Virus record (IMG/VR): IMGVR_UViG_3300033182_000980
Span: 186,001-250,000 of that record
Direction: 5' to 3' (one strand)
DNA length: 64,000 nucleotides
Numbering within the stretch: the stretch's first letter is position 1; every line of letters starts with the position of its first letter. Positions 16,518 to 25,581 of this stretch are shown here, in pieces. The notes under the pieces were generated by a model. The model worked only from the letters and a program-made list of their open reading frames with translations, was not told where the DNA came from and did not search any database. The position numbers and the translations under genes are program-made.

Positions 16518-17249
16518 TCACCACCTAATTTTGAACTTAACTTTGATCTGCATATCTTCATTGATGACCTGTTCGGGAGGTCGGGTGTCATAAGCATAGT
16601 TAAGCTCATTGACTAGGGAGAATACTTTGTTGAGAGTGAACTCAAGAGATCCTGTGGTCAAGATACGATAGTCATCTGGGTCTGTGAACAAAGGTTGAAA
16701 GTAAGTGATCAATTGACCCTTAACCTTGTTTTCCCATTCCTTGCCTATACGAATATAGGAAGAGGCTCTAGCATTGATATTTCCTGTCTCAAGAGCTGAG
16801 ATACGCTCATAGTCCGACATCCCACCTATACCTATAGCTAAGTGGTCTTTGAACATGGTGAACCTCAACCCACATCCAGTGAGCTGTCTCAAGGTCAGTA
16901 GTTGGAACTCGGCTGTCTGTACTTGAGTGAATACCTCTGTACCGACATGATTCCACCACATAGCTGTCCATCTAAGGTGAGCATAGGACTGATCTTGGAA
17001 AGGCTCACCTTCGCTTTCGCCATAGGACATTGACCCAATGATGAGTGAGTGGTGTATGTCTTTGATATAGTCAGCTCTTAAACCAAGCTGATACTGAAAG
17101 ACATTTACATTCCCTCTCTGTACAGATAAACCGATTTCATTAGATCCATGTAGACCTTGCTTATCTCCACCACGATCTGACTCGATGTTCACTACTTGCC
17201 CCCAAGCGAGGTATGGGAGCATTACAATAAAGATAAGCAAGGCTCTCAT
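16518..17249 (-). CDS. DUF481/YdiY-like outer-membrane beta-barrel protein
   Basis: Signal peptide, alternating beta strands, G.GLRF and YFQP..TDP.DYRI...NYAYDTRPP patterns, terminal aromatic residue (KFKIRW). Confidence 0.8.
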   Translation of the reverse strand: MRALLIFIVMLPYLAWGQVVNIESDRGGDKQGLHGSNEIGLSVQRGNVNVFQYQLGLRADYIKDIHHSLIIGSMSYGESEGEPFQDQSYAHLRWTAMWWNHVGTEVFTQVQTAEFQLLTLRQLTGCGLRFTMFKDHLAIGIGGMSDYERISALETGNINARASSYIRIGKEWENKVKGQLITYFQPLFTDPDDYRILTTGSLEFTLNKVFSLVNELNYAYDTRPPEQVINEDMQIKVKFKIRW

Positions 17250-17722
17250 TACAGGATCTCTACAGGATAGTTTTCAAGTAGGAGTCTTGTAAGAGGACAA
17301 CGCTTCTTCTTTGCGTGAGTCTCTAAATAAGGCACATGATTTCTGCTCTTTGAGTGGAGGCTATGAGCTACTTCACCCGAATAGAGAATGAGGTCTGTGA
17401 TTGCCTTGTGTGAAGCTCTTGCACAGCTCGGCTTAAACCCTAGAGGTCCAGCTACCATACGCTTTGGCTTCTGATTGAGTAAGCAAGCACCACCAAGAGC
17501 TTTACTCGCATTACAGTTCGATCCTTGGCATCGGGTACTGAAATAAGTACCCGCTTCTGGATGCTTGCTCTCAACAAAGCGAGCGAGGGCATTAACCTTT
17601 TTCTCTAGCTTACGAAGAGCGACTTCAACATCATTCTGGACAGCTTTGGTGAAACCATAGTTCCCACTTGCCGCAGTCTTATTCATGTAGGCGTTAGCAA
17701 CTCTTTTAATGCTGTTATTCAT
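17249..17722 (-). CDS. Hypothetical protein with two internal repeats, KTA site (start corrected)
   Basis: MNNSIKRVANAYMNKTAASG; repeats YGFTK...C and LGFKP...CPL..LL..YP. Confidence 0.65.
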   Translation of the reverse strand: MNNSIKRVANAYMNKTAASGNYGFTKAVQNDVEVALRKLEKKVNALARFVESKHPEAGTYFSTRCQGSNCNASKALGGACLLNQKPKRMVAGPLGFKPSCARASHKAITDLILYSGEVAHSLHSKSRNHVPYLETHAKKKRCPLTRLLLENYPVEIL

Positions 17723-17723
17723 C

Positions 17724-19304
17724 TCACCACTCCAAATCGTCAATGATGTCATCGTGATGAGCTAGACGGCTTAGTGCGTCTAAGCCACCACTAGAAGGCT
17801 TCTTTGCAGGTCCAAGACTATCAAGTGCGGATAATCCACCACCAGATCCCCCTGTGTTCTTTTGAACACGAGCTGGATCAATTCCTTTGGAAGTCATTGC
17901 ACCTTCGTACTTAGCCCACTCTTTCCCAAAGTTTTTTTTCTGGGCTTCATAGGAATCTTTTACTTCTTTTGCACTATTGTGCTTGTGGCTTTTGACCCTA
18001 GACTCTTTGTCGAAGTCAGCCGTGATGCCCATATCATCAATGATGTCATCTGCAAACTTAAAGGTATAACCTTCCTCTTCGCCATGTGGGTGATCATCAC
18101 GATAACCACGATAACGAGCTACATCGTTCATAGCGGAGTGTGCGTGAGAAATCTTATCTTCAACCCAGTCGTCAAGGTCGTCCATGCCGATGTCATCAAC
18201 GATGAAATCCGCCATGTCGCTGATCTCTCGTAGGTTCTGTCGGCTCATGTATGATCCGGACTCTTCATGGTCTTTAGCCATACGGCTAGAACCTTTAGGG
18301 ACAGAGCCAATAAGGTCTTCAATGTTTTTTAAGGCATATTCTAAAGTCGGGAGAACTTCATTTTCCATGACTCTATAAACATAACGCTCATTGCCTTCGT
18401 CAGCCAATCCACGATCAATCATAGAGGTGATCTCATGGTTTGCTTCTTTAATTGCCTCTTGGAAACTTTCAAAAGCTCCAGACACCTCTTCATGGTATGG
18501 AGCAAACAAAGGATGTCCATCTACATCTACGAAAAGTTCACCCCAACTGTTTTGGCTTTTAATCAGAGCTGATTCTACAGCATTCATATCTTCAACAGCA
18601 TCGGAGAGATCATCAAGAGTTATTTTACTTAATAATCTGTCAATATGAGATACAGAATTCACTAGTCGTTTCTTTAAAGATGAACTGATCTCACGATCTG
18701 ATAGATCACCTGCTATACGACCAAGACCAAGGTCATCAATGATCTCGTAATGTGCAGTTTTACCCGCATCTTCTACGATCTCTTCTTTGTCCTCTTTGAT
18801 GTCCTCAAGTTTCTCTTCAAGCTCTTTTTGCTCGGAGTCTAACTCTTGGAAGTCCTCGGAACTCATCGCCTTAGCTCTGTTCTTAACGACATCCTTGTTG
18901 ATCTCGGTCTGCTCATCAAAGGTTTCAGCGGCATCGGGGTTGTCTTTCTTCCACTGCTCAAACTCTTTCTTACCTTTAGGTCCAGAATGAAAACGAGACT
19001 CTTTCCAGAAATCAGACATACGATCAAGACCGATGTCATCTACAATCTCGAAGCCCTCAAGCTCCTCGGCTTCAAAGTCATCCGAGAGAAAGTCAGCTTC
19101 AAAGTCATCTGCGATCACTTCATCTTTGACATTACCTGGACCACCTCTTAATGGCTCGATCCCCATATTTACTTGGACGACATTCTCACCCAAGAAATCA
19201 GCGGCGTTTCTCTCACCATAGTCGGGCTGTAGTCGAAGGGGTTGCTGTGGGTATCGAATCTCCATGTGCTTCTGTGCGATTTTTTTAGCTAGTCTTTTAA
19301 GCAT
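17724..19304 (-). CDS. Acidic, repeat-rich putative head core/scaffold-like protein
   Basis: Repeated [IV][IV]DD[ILM]G units next to KTA/RIA/RMA/KFA/RLA sites; SYMSRQNL...LDDWVEDKISHA domain. Confidence 0.5.
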   Translation of the reverse strand: MLKRLAKKIAQKHMEIRYPQQPLRLQPDYGERNAADFLGENVVQVNMGIEPLRGGPGNVKDEVIADDFEADFLSDDFEAEELEGFEIVDDIGLDRMSDFWKESRFHSGPKGKKEFEQWKKDNPDAAETFDEQTEINKDVVKNRAKAMSSEDFQELDSEQKELEEKLEDIKEDKEEIVEDAGKTAHYEIIDDLGLGRIAGDLSDREISSSLKKRLVNSVSHIDRLLSKITLDDLSDAVEDMNAVESALIKSQNSWGELFVDVDGHPLFAPYHEEVSGAFESFQEAIKEANHEITSMIDRGLADEGNERYVYRVMENEVLPTLEYALKNIEDLIGSVPKGSSRMAKDHEESGSYMSRQNLREISDMADFIVDDIGMDDLDDWVEDKISHAHSAMNDVARYRGYRDDHPHGEEEGYTFKFADDIIDDMGITADFDKESRVKSHKHNSAKEVKDSYEAQKKNFGKEWAKYEGAMTSKGIDPARVQKNTGGSGGGLSALDSLGPAKKPSSGGLDALSRLAHHDDIIDDLEW

Positions 19305-19342
19305 TTCAGATCTCCTTTAGATTGTTCATTTAATCTCTAGCA

Positions 19343-19357
19343 ATAGATAAACTATTA
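19343..19357 (-). promoter_or_regulatory. Class-L motif over a stop codon
   Basis: TAATAGTTTATCTAT, 39 nt upstream of 19304. Confidence 0.55.
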
Positions 19358-21262
19358 AATGTTAGGTAGTCCTACGAGGTACTTAACTACATCGCCTTTA
19401 CCTTCTAGGTTTCGGGTGTAGCACTTCTTGTCATCATCCCATTCGAGAGGTTTGTTGAGGACTGCTCTTACTTGAGTCTCATCTTGGATGTGATTGACTC
19501 CGAGTCGCTTCTTTAAGAGTCGGGCGAACCTTGCATCAACCTCTGCATACCAACCTCTCTTTAAGAGGAGTTCTGCACCTTTCATCAACATAGCGTTCCT
19601 ACCCTCGCTTGTGCCATCAGACCCAATGAGTCCGATCTTCTTCCCGAAGCGTGTAGTGCTATAACTAACGAAAGCGTCTATCTCATCATCTCCAGCAACA
19701 TCAACGACCCAGAAGATGTCGTAGTTTCTCATAAGCTCGGACTTGGAGCTTATGTGCTTTCCTACTTTGGAGTAGGATAGATCATAAATGACCCACAGTT
19801 GTTCCTGTTGATCTTGGGAGAATTGCTTAGGGGGTGCTTCAACCCACTTTTTACGGTCAAGGTGAACAAGAGCGATACGCTGTGCCATCCTTTGATGTGC
19901 AAATGATCTGAACACGAGCTTGTATGCTTCGCCTACAGCTTTAGAGTATTTGTCTTTAGCTTTACGCTTAAGTGAGAGGAAAAAACCAATGGGTCTGACA
20001 TAGTTTAAGAAGTCTGCCCTTCTTCTTTCTTGTCTGCCGATGTCTTGACCCACAAGAGCCTTAAACAATAAGTTCTTATCTTGGACAGTAAGTTTTCTGT
20101 GCTCTCCGTGGTAATCGAACTTTGACATAATCTCACGAACAGCATCCCTAAGATCAGTATAAAACTCAACATCATCTAAATGATGCTTTTCAAGATCAAG
20201 TCTCCTACCACTATCCTCTTGATTTTGCTTGAACTGAGGCGTTCTGATCTTCTTTGAGGGCAGTCCTGCTAGATTGCTTTGGTTTCTTAGTCTTGCATAA
20301 TCACTGAAGAAATCTTTTAGCTTTAATGAGATGTAAGACAGGATTGTTTGACCAGCGTGGGTCATCTCGTGAACCACAACCCTGTGGATATGCTTAACTA
20401 TATACCGTGCCTCTGGAATTATACCAGATCCATCTACAGCTTTTTCTGCATCACTAATAGGCATGAAGAAAGTGTTAGCTCCTGCTTGCCAATGTGGGTT
20501 TTCGTTTGAAACTTGTATCCTCACATTGATATGAGCAAGGCTCTCTATTTCGTCCTCAAGATTGTTGGCTCTCTCTATAACCCTTTCAAGCTGTTCGGTT
20601 AAGAAATCACTTGCGTCATCGGGTACGGTCTCAAGCAGACTCGTCATGCTTGACTTCATTTGATCCAACTCTTCTAACTTTGTTTGCTTGACCCTCTCTC
20701 TATGCTCTTCAAGAGACTGCTGATCGACATACCATTCATCAAGATAGATAGGGAACTGCACATATCTTACTTCGCCTTTTTTCATGGGCTTCAGCTTAAC
20801 TGTGATGAGCTTCTTAAATCCTTTAATCTTCTCCTTAACATTAGGGATCATTCTCTCGCCATAAGCAAGACGACCCTCCATAGATTCGAGGTTCTTCTCA
20901 ATCTGTTCCTCGATTAGTGCTTTAACAGCTTCCCTTCGCTCCGAGGACTTTACTCCAGAGAAGGCTTTCATCTTAAAATCTGAAAAGTAGCCATACCCAA
21001 AAAAGCCTCTCGACACCTCTCCGAACTCTTTGTATTTACTGTAGATGTCTCTTGTGCCTTTAGAGTCAGCGGCATCTCTTAGCTCATCAATCGCAGTTAA
21101 AAGAGGCTCATATCTTGGCTCTTCCGTAACTCTGAACTTTTTAAGCTCCCTAACCTTTCGGTTGAGGGCTTTGACATAGTTAGTCGCTACTTGTGAGATG
21201 ATATGCTCATACACATCTTGAGTGAGCATAGGGGGTGGCTTCATTAGTCCTGCATATTTCAT
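19355..21262 (-). CDS. HExxH metallopeptidase-like protein with a conserved C-terminal alpha/beta domain
   Basis: VVHEMTHAGQ...EFY; C-terminal ~165 aa paralogous to that of 21274..22512. Confidence 0.65.
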   Translation of the reverse strand: MKYAGLMKPPPMLTQDVYEHIISQVATNYVKALNRKVRELKKFRVTEEPRYEPLLTAIDELRDAADSKGTRDIYSKYKEFGEVSRGFFGYGYFSDFKMKAFSGVKSSERREAVKALIEEQIEKNLESMEGRLAYGERMIPNVKEKIKGFKKLITVKLKPMKKGEVRYVQFPIYLDEWYVDQQSLEEHRERVKQTKLEELDQMKSSMTSLLETVPDDASDFLTEQLERVIERANNLEDEIESLAHINVRIQVSNENPHWQAGANTFFMPISDAEKAVDGSGIIPEARYIVKHIHRVVVHEMTHAGQTILSYISLKLKDFFSDYARLRNQSNLAGLPSKKIRTPQFKQNQEDSGRRLDLEKHHLDDVEFYTDLRDAVREIMSKFDYHGEHRKLTVQDKNLLFKALVGQDIGRQERRRADFLNYVRPIGFFLSLKRKAKDKYSKAVGEAYKLVFRSFAHQRMAQRIALVHLDRKKWVEAPPKQFSQDQQEQLWVIYDLSYSKVGKHISSKSELMRNYDIFWVVDVAGDDEIDAFVSYSTTRFGKKIGLIGSDGTSEGRNAMLMKGAELLLKRGWYAEVDARFARLLKKRLGVNHIQDETQVRAVLNKPLEWDDDKKCYTRNLEGKGDVVKYLVGLPNI

Positions 21263-21273
21263 CTTATTTCTCC

Positions 21274-22512
21274 TTATAGAACGGGGCTACCGAATAATGC
21301 TTTGGTGTGTCTGCCGATAGATCCCAATGACCTACTGTAGTAGCCATCACCTTCAAGGATGATGTCTCCTTTACCACCCATAATAGCCATGATCGTATCT
21401 GGATTCTTTATGTTGTCTAACCCTCCCCTTCTTAGGATTTCTTCAACCTTGTCAGACGCTTCTGTGTAGTATCCTCTCTGTTTGAGGAGCTTGAGCATCT
21501 TAACTATGACTGCCTTTTTGGACTTCCTTGTTCCATCATGCCCCATAGCCGCGATCTTCTTACCGAATGGTGTGTCTTTCATGGCAATGAAGATGTCAAT
21601 ATCTGGATCATCATCGTTGTCAATGACCTCGAAGATCGGGTACTTTTTGATTAGCTCCTCTTTAGACCCTATGTGCTTGCCGATAGCTCCATAAGCAATG
21701 TCATATAGAGTCCAAAGATCTCCCTCTTGCTCGGAGTCGAATCGGTTATTCTTTGTCTCTAACCATTTATCCTTCTCCAAAACGACTCTAGCAAGTCTCT
21801 CTGCCATGCGTTCTCTGCGTAAGTCTTTCTTATGCTTCTCTTTACGAGATCGACCCTTAGCGACATCTTTATCCCTATTCTTGTGCTTGCCTTTACCAGA
21901 ACTGCCGACACCTGTACCATCGAACATTCCTTGTGCGTTAGGATCACGATACTTAGGGATCGAGGGTTCTTGGTTTTTCTTCTTTTTGCTTGCCATGATC
22001 TGGCGACCATTCTCACAGACCTCACGCTCAATCATAAGAGCGGGTCTGCGTACAAGATAGTTCGGCCATTTCTCGAACCACTTAGAGTAGAAATCATCTT
22101 CGGAGACTTCACGAGTGGTCTTGTCGGGGTTAGGCATATTGGGGTCAGCTACATGAACAACATAGCTTCCCTTTTCACCAGTCACATCAAAGATTAAGCT
22201 CGCATGACTCCAATCCCTACCTTCTGGATTCCAAGCGATGAGGACAGGCTTACCTTGATCAGTCCATGATTTTACTTGGGTGAGTGTAGCTGGTGTAGTG
22301 AGTGTAGCTCTGCAACCAAAGTATTGAGCACAGGCTAATACCTCTTCCCATCTCGCACCTTGCATGGGTTTCGCACCAATAACTTGATTGACTTGATCTT
22401 CGTTGCATTTAACCCCTACAGCATTGAGTGCCATACAGGTGGAGGTTGCAACGCAACTAAACTGTGACCGCTGTCGTATTGGGTTCACATCAGCTTTTGC
22501 TAATCTTCTCAT
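21274..22512 (-). CDS. C39-like cysteine peptidase with a conserved C-terminal alpha/beta domain
   Basis: RQRSQFSCVATS (Q...C), SHASL (H), VADPN (D). Confidence 0.75.
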   Translation of the reverse strand: MRRLAKADVNPIRQRSQFSCVATSTCMALNAVGVKCNEDQVNQVIGAKPMQGARWEEVLACAQYFGCRATLTTPATLTQVKSWTDQGKPVLIAWNPEGRDWSHASLIFDVTGEKGSYVVHVADPNMPNPDKTTREVSEDDFYSKWFEKWPNYLVRRPALMIEREVCENGRQIMASKKKKNQEPSIPKYRDPNAQGMFDGTGVGSSGKGKHKNRDKDVAKGRSRKEKHKKDLRRERMAERLARVVLEKDKWLETKNNRFDSEQEGDLWTLYDIAYGAIGKHIGSKEELIKKYPIFEVIDNDDDPDIDIFIAMKDTPFGKKIAAMGHDGTRKSKKAVIVKMLKLLKQRGYYTEASDKVEEILRRGGLDNIKNPDTIMAIMGGKGDIILEGDGYYSRSLGSIGRHTKALFGSPVL

Positions 22513-22513
22513 A

Positions 22514-22565
22514 ATAGGTAGCCCTTTCTATTGTTAGGAAAGAGCCACCTATAAAGAGATTACAA
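22514..22565 (-). promoter_or_regulatory. Class-L motif (22551-22565) plus 15-bp anti-SD hairpin
   Basis: ATAGGTGGCTCTTTC pairs with GAAAGGGCTACCTAT (two G-U pairs) just before the ATG at 22512. Confidence 0.72.
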
Positions 22566-22991
22566 ATCTATCACCACACAAAGGCCGGAGCTAGGGTGCT
22601 TTCTTTTAAGAGACTCCCATACCCTCATAGCCATGTCGCTAGTTGACCCCGACACGCTACATTTTTCGGGTATGATGACAAAGGGTTTCCTCACCCTCTT
22701 TGACCACCCCTCTATGAGCTTTTGGTAAATCTCTGACCCGACACCTTTGCCTTGGTACTCTTTACTTAGGCTGACTACATTGACTTCTAATATGCGTATG
22801 TCCTCACCGTCCATGACTTGAGGATACTCATAACTAATATCTATGAGATCGTCCGAGCATTGATAGGTATGTACGACCTCCATCATAGAGATGGAGTCGC
22901 CATAAGCCCTAGCAAGCCCTATGACTTCACCTTGGTCTTTAACCTCAACAAAGACGGAGGTTGATGTGGTCTTGGTGGAGAAATCGAGCAT
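22560..22991 (-). CDS. GNAT-family acetyltransferase
   Basis: V.LSKEYQGKGVGSEIY (motif A, QxxGxG) and S..AMRVWESL. Confidence 0.8.
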   Translation of the reverse strand: MLDFSTKTTSTSVFVEVKDQGEVIGLARAYGDSISMMEVVHTYQCSDDLIDISYEYPQVMDGEDIRILEVNVVSLSKEYQGKGVGSEIYQKLIEGWSKRVRKPFVIIPEKCSVSGSTSDMAMRVWESLKRKHPSSGLCVVIDL

Positions 22992-23746
22992 CAGCTTCTC
23001 TTAAACTTCGACTTGTTGAGATGAATCTCAATGTGACCTTTTTCTCCTATATTAATCGTATAGTCCTTATCGTAGCCAGATTTGAGTTTTTTAAATGCTG
23101 GGTACTTTGTGGTTAGGAGTTTTTTAAGGTCATTGGTTAGAGGACCAGCCCATTCGTCCCACCACCCCTCTTCATCCCAACCCTCTGGATCACAATCGGG
23201 ATCGTCCTCATCACAGTCATAGTACGCACCAACATAGTGGTCGAGTCTTTGTCTGTTCATAGGCTCTATCTCTAGGAACCAGGTGTTTCCATCGTCACTT
23301 AGACCCATACCTTTCATACGACCACCATTGGGGGTACTTGACCTGCTCAAGAAATAGTAGACCTCTTGAGCTGTCGGTAGTTGTTCTTCAACTGTAGGTC
23401 GAGATCTCGGTGCTGATCTAGTAGGTGTTCGTTGTCGAACAGGTCTTGGAGGCTCGTTAACCACACGAGGAGAGGGTTGTCTACCTGTTGGGTTAGACCT
23501 AAACGAGTCAGCCAAGTCAGATGCGTTGTTTCTGTGCATTACTTTTCTGATGTTTTTAAGATCTCGCTCACTAAGATCACCCCCGTCTTTGAGGGTCTGA
23601 AGGTATCCCCCAAGCTCAACGATCATTCTTGTGTTGTTTCGATTTTGGGACAGGAAGCCCCTAAGAGCTTCATAAGCCTCTGACTTAGTGGCGGCCTGTC
23701 TTTCGAGTCTGGCAACCCTCATTTCGAGGTTTCTTAAGATACTCAT
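22991..23746 (-). CDS. Leader-bearing multi-segment hypothetical protein
   Basis: MSILRNLEMRVARLERQA; Pro/Arg-rich linker; Asp/Trp-rich C-terminal patch. Confidence 0.7.
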   Translation of the reverse strand: MSILRNLEMRVARLERQAATKSEAYEALRGFLSQNRNNTRMIVELGGYLQTLKDGGDLSERDLKNIRKVMHRNNASDLADSFRSNPTGRQPSPRVVNEPPRPVRQRTPTRSAPRSRPTVEEQLPTAQEVYYFLSRSSTPNGGRMKGMGLSDDGNTWFLEIEPMNRQRLDHYVGAYYDCDEDDPDCDPEGWDEEGWWDEWAGPLTNDLKKLLTTKYPAFKKLKSGYDKDYTINIGEKGHIEIHLNKSKFKRS

Positions 23747-24441
23747 TATTGTTGCTCCAAGTCAGCAGAGTCTGTGTGGAGGATCGCTTTGAAAATAGAG
23801 TCCTCGTCATAATAGCCATCTCTGTCCTGTTTGATAGATCTACTAGGAACAGTAAGGTGGAATACAGTTCGCTCTGATTTCTCTCGGTCGTCAGCTCGGT
23901 CAATATACTCAAGCTCAACATTTAGTTTCACATAAGTACCATAGAACTCGACTTGATCTTCAACATCCACAGCAACATATTGCTTGCGATCATCTCCGTA
24001 AGACCCAAGCCATTCAAAGACTTGACTGTTTAAATAATCTCGTCCTCTACGACCTAGCTCAACGAGGGCTTGAGGGGTTTCTCTCCTAGCTGATTTCTCA
24101 AGTCGAGCAATGCGACCCTCTAGCTCATAGATGACATCAGATGCCCTACGAGTCCTAATGCCGCTGAGTCGATCTTCGAGGTCTTGCAGTTGTAGGGCAT
24201 CAAGATTGAGGCTTTGTTCTTGAGCTTCAAGTGCTTCAAGACGCTCTTGCTCTCGGATCAGAGGCTCAAAGTGCTGAATGTCAGCAATGAACTCTCTGAC
24301 CCTTCTGATTTCTTCTTCAAGGTCTTCGGTGTCAAGACTCTTGATATATCCGACATTAACTTTACCAGCATCGCCATCAAGTTGTTTGTATAGCTTGATG
24401 AGATTGTAGAGGTCGATTCTTTTACCCGCGTTTCTTCGCAT
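23746..24441 (-). CDS. Hypothetical protein with an internal leader copy
   Basis: MRRNAG start; internal RRASDVIYELEGRIARLEKSA separates two domains. Confidence 0.7.
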   Translation of the reverse strand: MRRNAGKRIDLYNLIKLYKQLDGDAGKVNVGYIKSLDTEDLEEEIRRVREFIADIQHFEPLIREQERLEALEAQEQSLNLDALQLQDLEDRLSGIRTRRASDVIYELEGRIARLEKSARRETPQALVELGRRGRDYLNSQVFEWLGSYGDDRKQYVAVDVEDQVEFYGTYVKLNVELEYIDRADDREKSERTVFHLTVPSRSIKQDRDGYYDEDSIFKAILHTDSADLEQQ

Positions 24442-24452
24442 GATTATTCTCC

Positions 24453-25013
24453 TTAGTATTTGAGGTCTATTCCGAGTTTGCCGTCAGAGCCTGGCACTTT
24501 ACAGCAGATACCTACGACAGTGGGGTTAACACCGAGAGCGGCGTTGAGGTTAGCATCAGGATCATTGCATAACAATCCATTCTCGCTGATTTTGAGTGGG
24601 TCATTAAGGTTGTAGGTAATAGGGCCAGCGTTGCGTACTCCGTTTACAGCTAAGGCAGTCGTTTCAAACTCTTTGAAGAGTATTCTAGCACCACCATTAA
24701 CAAGTGTGAGTACGGCCGCACCAGAGGCAGATGCTAATGCCCCTGTGTTTTGATACGAGGTGAAGTTTCGATAAGTAGACTGTCGGGCAGATGCGTAGTT
24801 CTCTGAACCATACAAGACAAATCCTGCCACATATCGCCCATCAGATTTCTCTACTGTGAACTCGGACACATTATCATCATTAGGCACATAATAGACCCAA
24901 GTGCCACCTTTCCAACCTGTCCTACGCATAATAGGACCTGCTGTGCAGGGAGTCTTATCACCATTCTTTAAAACATCAATGTCATCTGTGGTTAGATTTA
25001 GATCAATAGACAT
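24453..25013 (-). CDS. Putative capsid decoration/cement-like structural protein
   Basis: Gly/Asn-rich, beta-rich composition ending G.LGIDLKY; context only. Confidence 0.4.
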   Translation of the reverse strand: MSIDLNLTTDDIDVLKNGDKTPCTAGPIMRRTGWKGGTWVYYVPNDDNVSEFTVEKSDGRYVAGFVLYGSENYASARQSTYRNFTSYQNTGALASASGAAVLTLVNGGARILFKEFETTALAVNGVRNAGPITYNLNDPLKISENGLLCNDPDANLNAALGVNPTVVGICCKVPGSDGKLGIDLKY

Positions 25014-25531
25014 TACGCTTTACCTCCATTCTCTAGCTCACCTTTTTGCTTTTTGTCTTGTAGGACTTGTTTAACCGCCTTTGCCTGTTCTTTTTTAGAG
25101 AGGTGTCTTTCAACGACTCTCTCTACAAGATCTTTTTTCACCTCTACTTTGGTCTTATCTTTGGTGATAGGCTTGGCTTTAGGGATCTCTTCGTGGCTGG
25201 TAGGCACACCTTCGATCTTTTCTTCAGTCTTAACGATAAACTGATTGAGTGTACTCAACTCTTTGCCGCCTGGCTTCTTAATGATTTCTTCGGGAGGGGG
25301 AGGGGCAATGACAGCTTCGCTTTCTATGAGCGTGTCATCTTTCTTCATCTCACCTGACTGGATGGCTTTTTCAACAGTATCTACTTTGTTAGTGATCGCC
25401 TTTGACTCGGCAAGATTTCTAACAGACCTCTTGGTTGGATTATCGAAAAAAGCAGACTCGGCTGATTGTGCTTGTTCCAGCTCTGCTACTCGCCTCATTA
25501 GTGAGGCTATTCTATATCTAAGATCATTCAT
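25013..25531 (-). CDS. Hypothetical protein with a leader-like N-terminus
   Basis: MNDLRYRIASLMRRVAELEQA; AGGAG RBS; class-L motif upstream. Confidence 0.6.
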   Translation of the reverse strand: MNDLRYRIASLMRRVAELEQAQSAESAFFDNPTKRSVRNLAESKAITNKVDTVEKAIQSGEMKKDDTLIESEAVIAPPPPEEIIKKPGGKELSTLNQFIVKTEEKIEGVPTSHEEIPKAKPITKDKTKVEVKKDLVERVVERHLSKKEQAKAVKQVLQDKKQKGELENGGKA

Positions 25532-25566
25532 ACTAAACTCCTATCGGGTCTAGTGTAAGCAACCTT

Positions 25567-25581
25567 ATAAATAAACTATTA
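25567..25581 (-). promoter_or_regulatory. Class-L motif over a stop codon
   Basis: TAATAGTTTATTTAT, 36 nt upstream of 25531. Confidence 0.6.

Noticed and set aside
22985-22995. Programmed frameshift or read-through joining 22991..23746 to the GNAT gene
   Set aside because: The TGATG overlap is ordinary translational coupling, and I saw no slippery heptamer.
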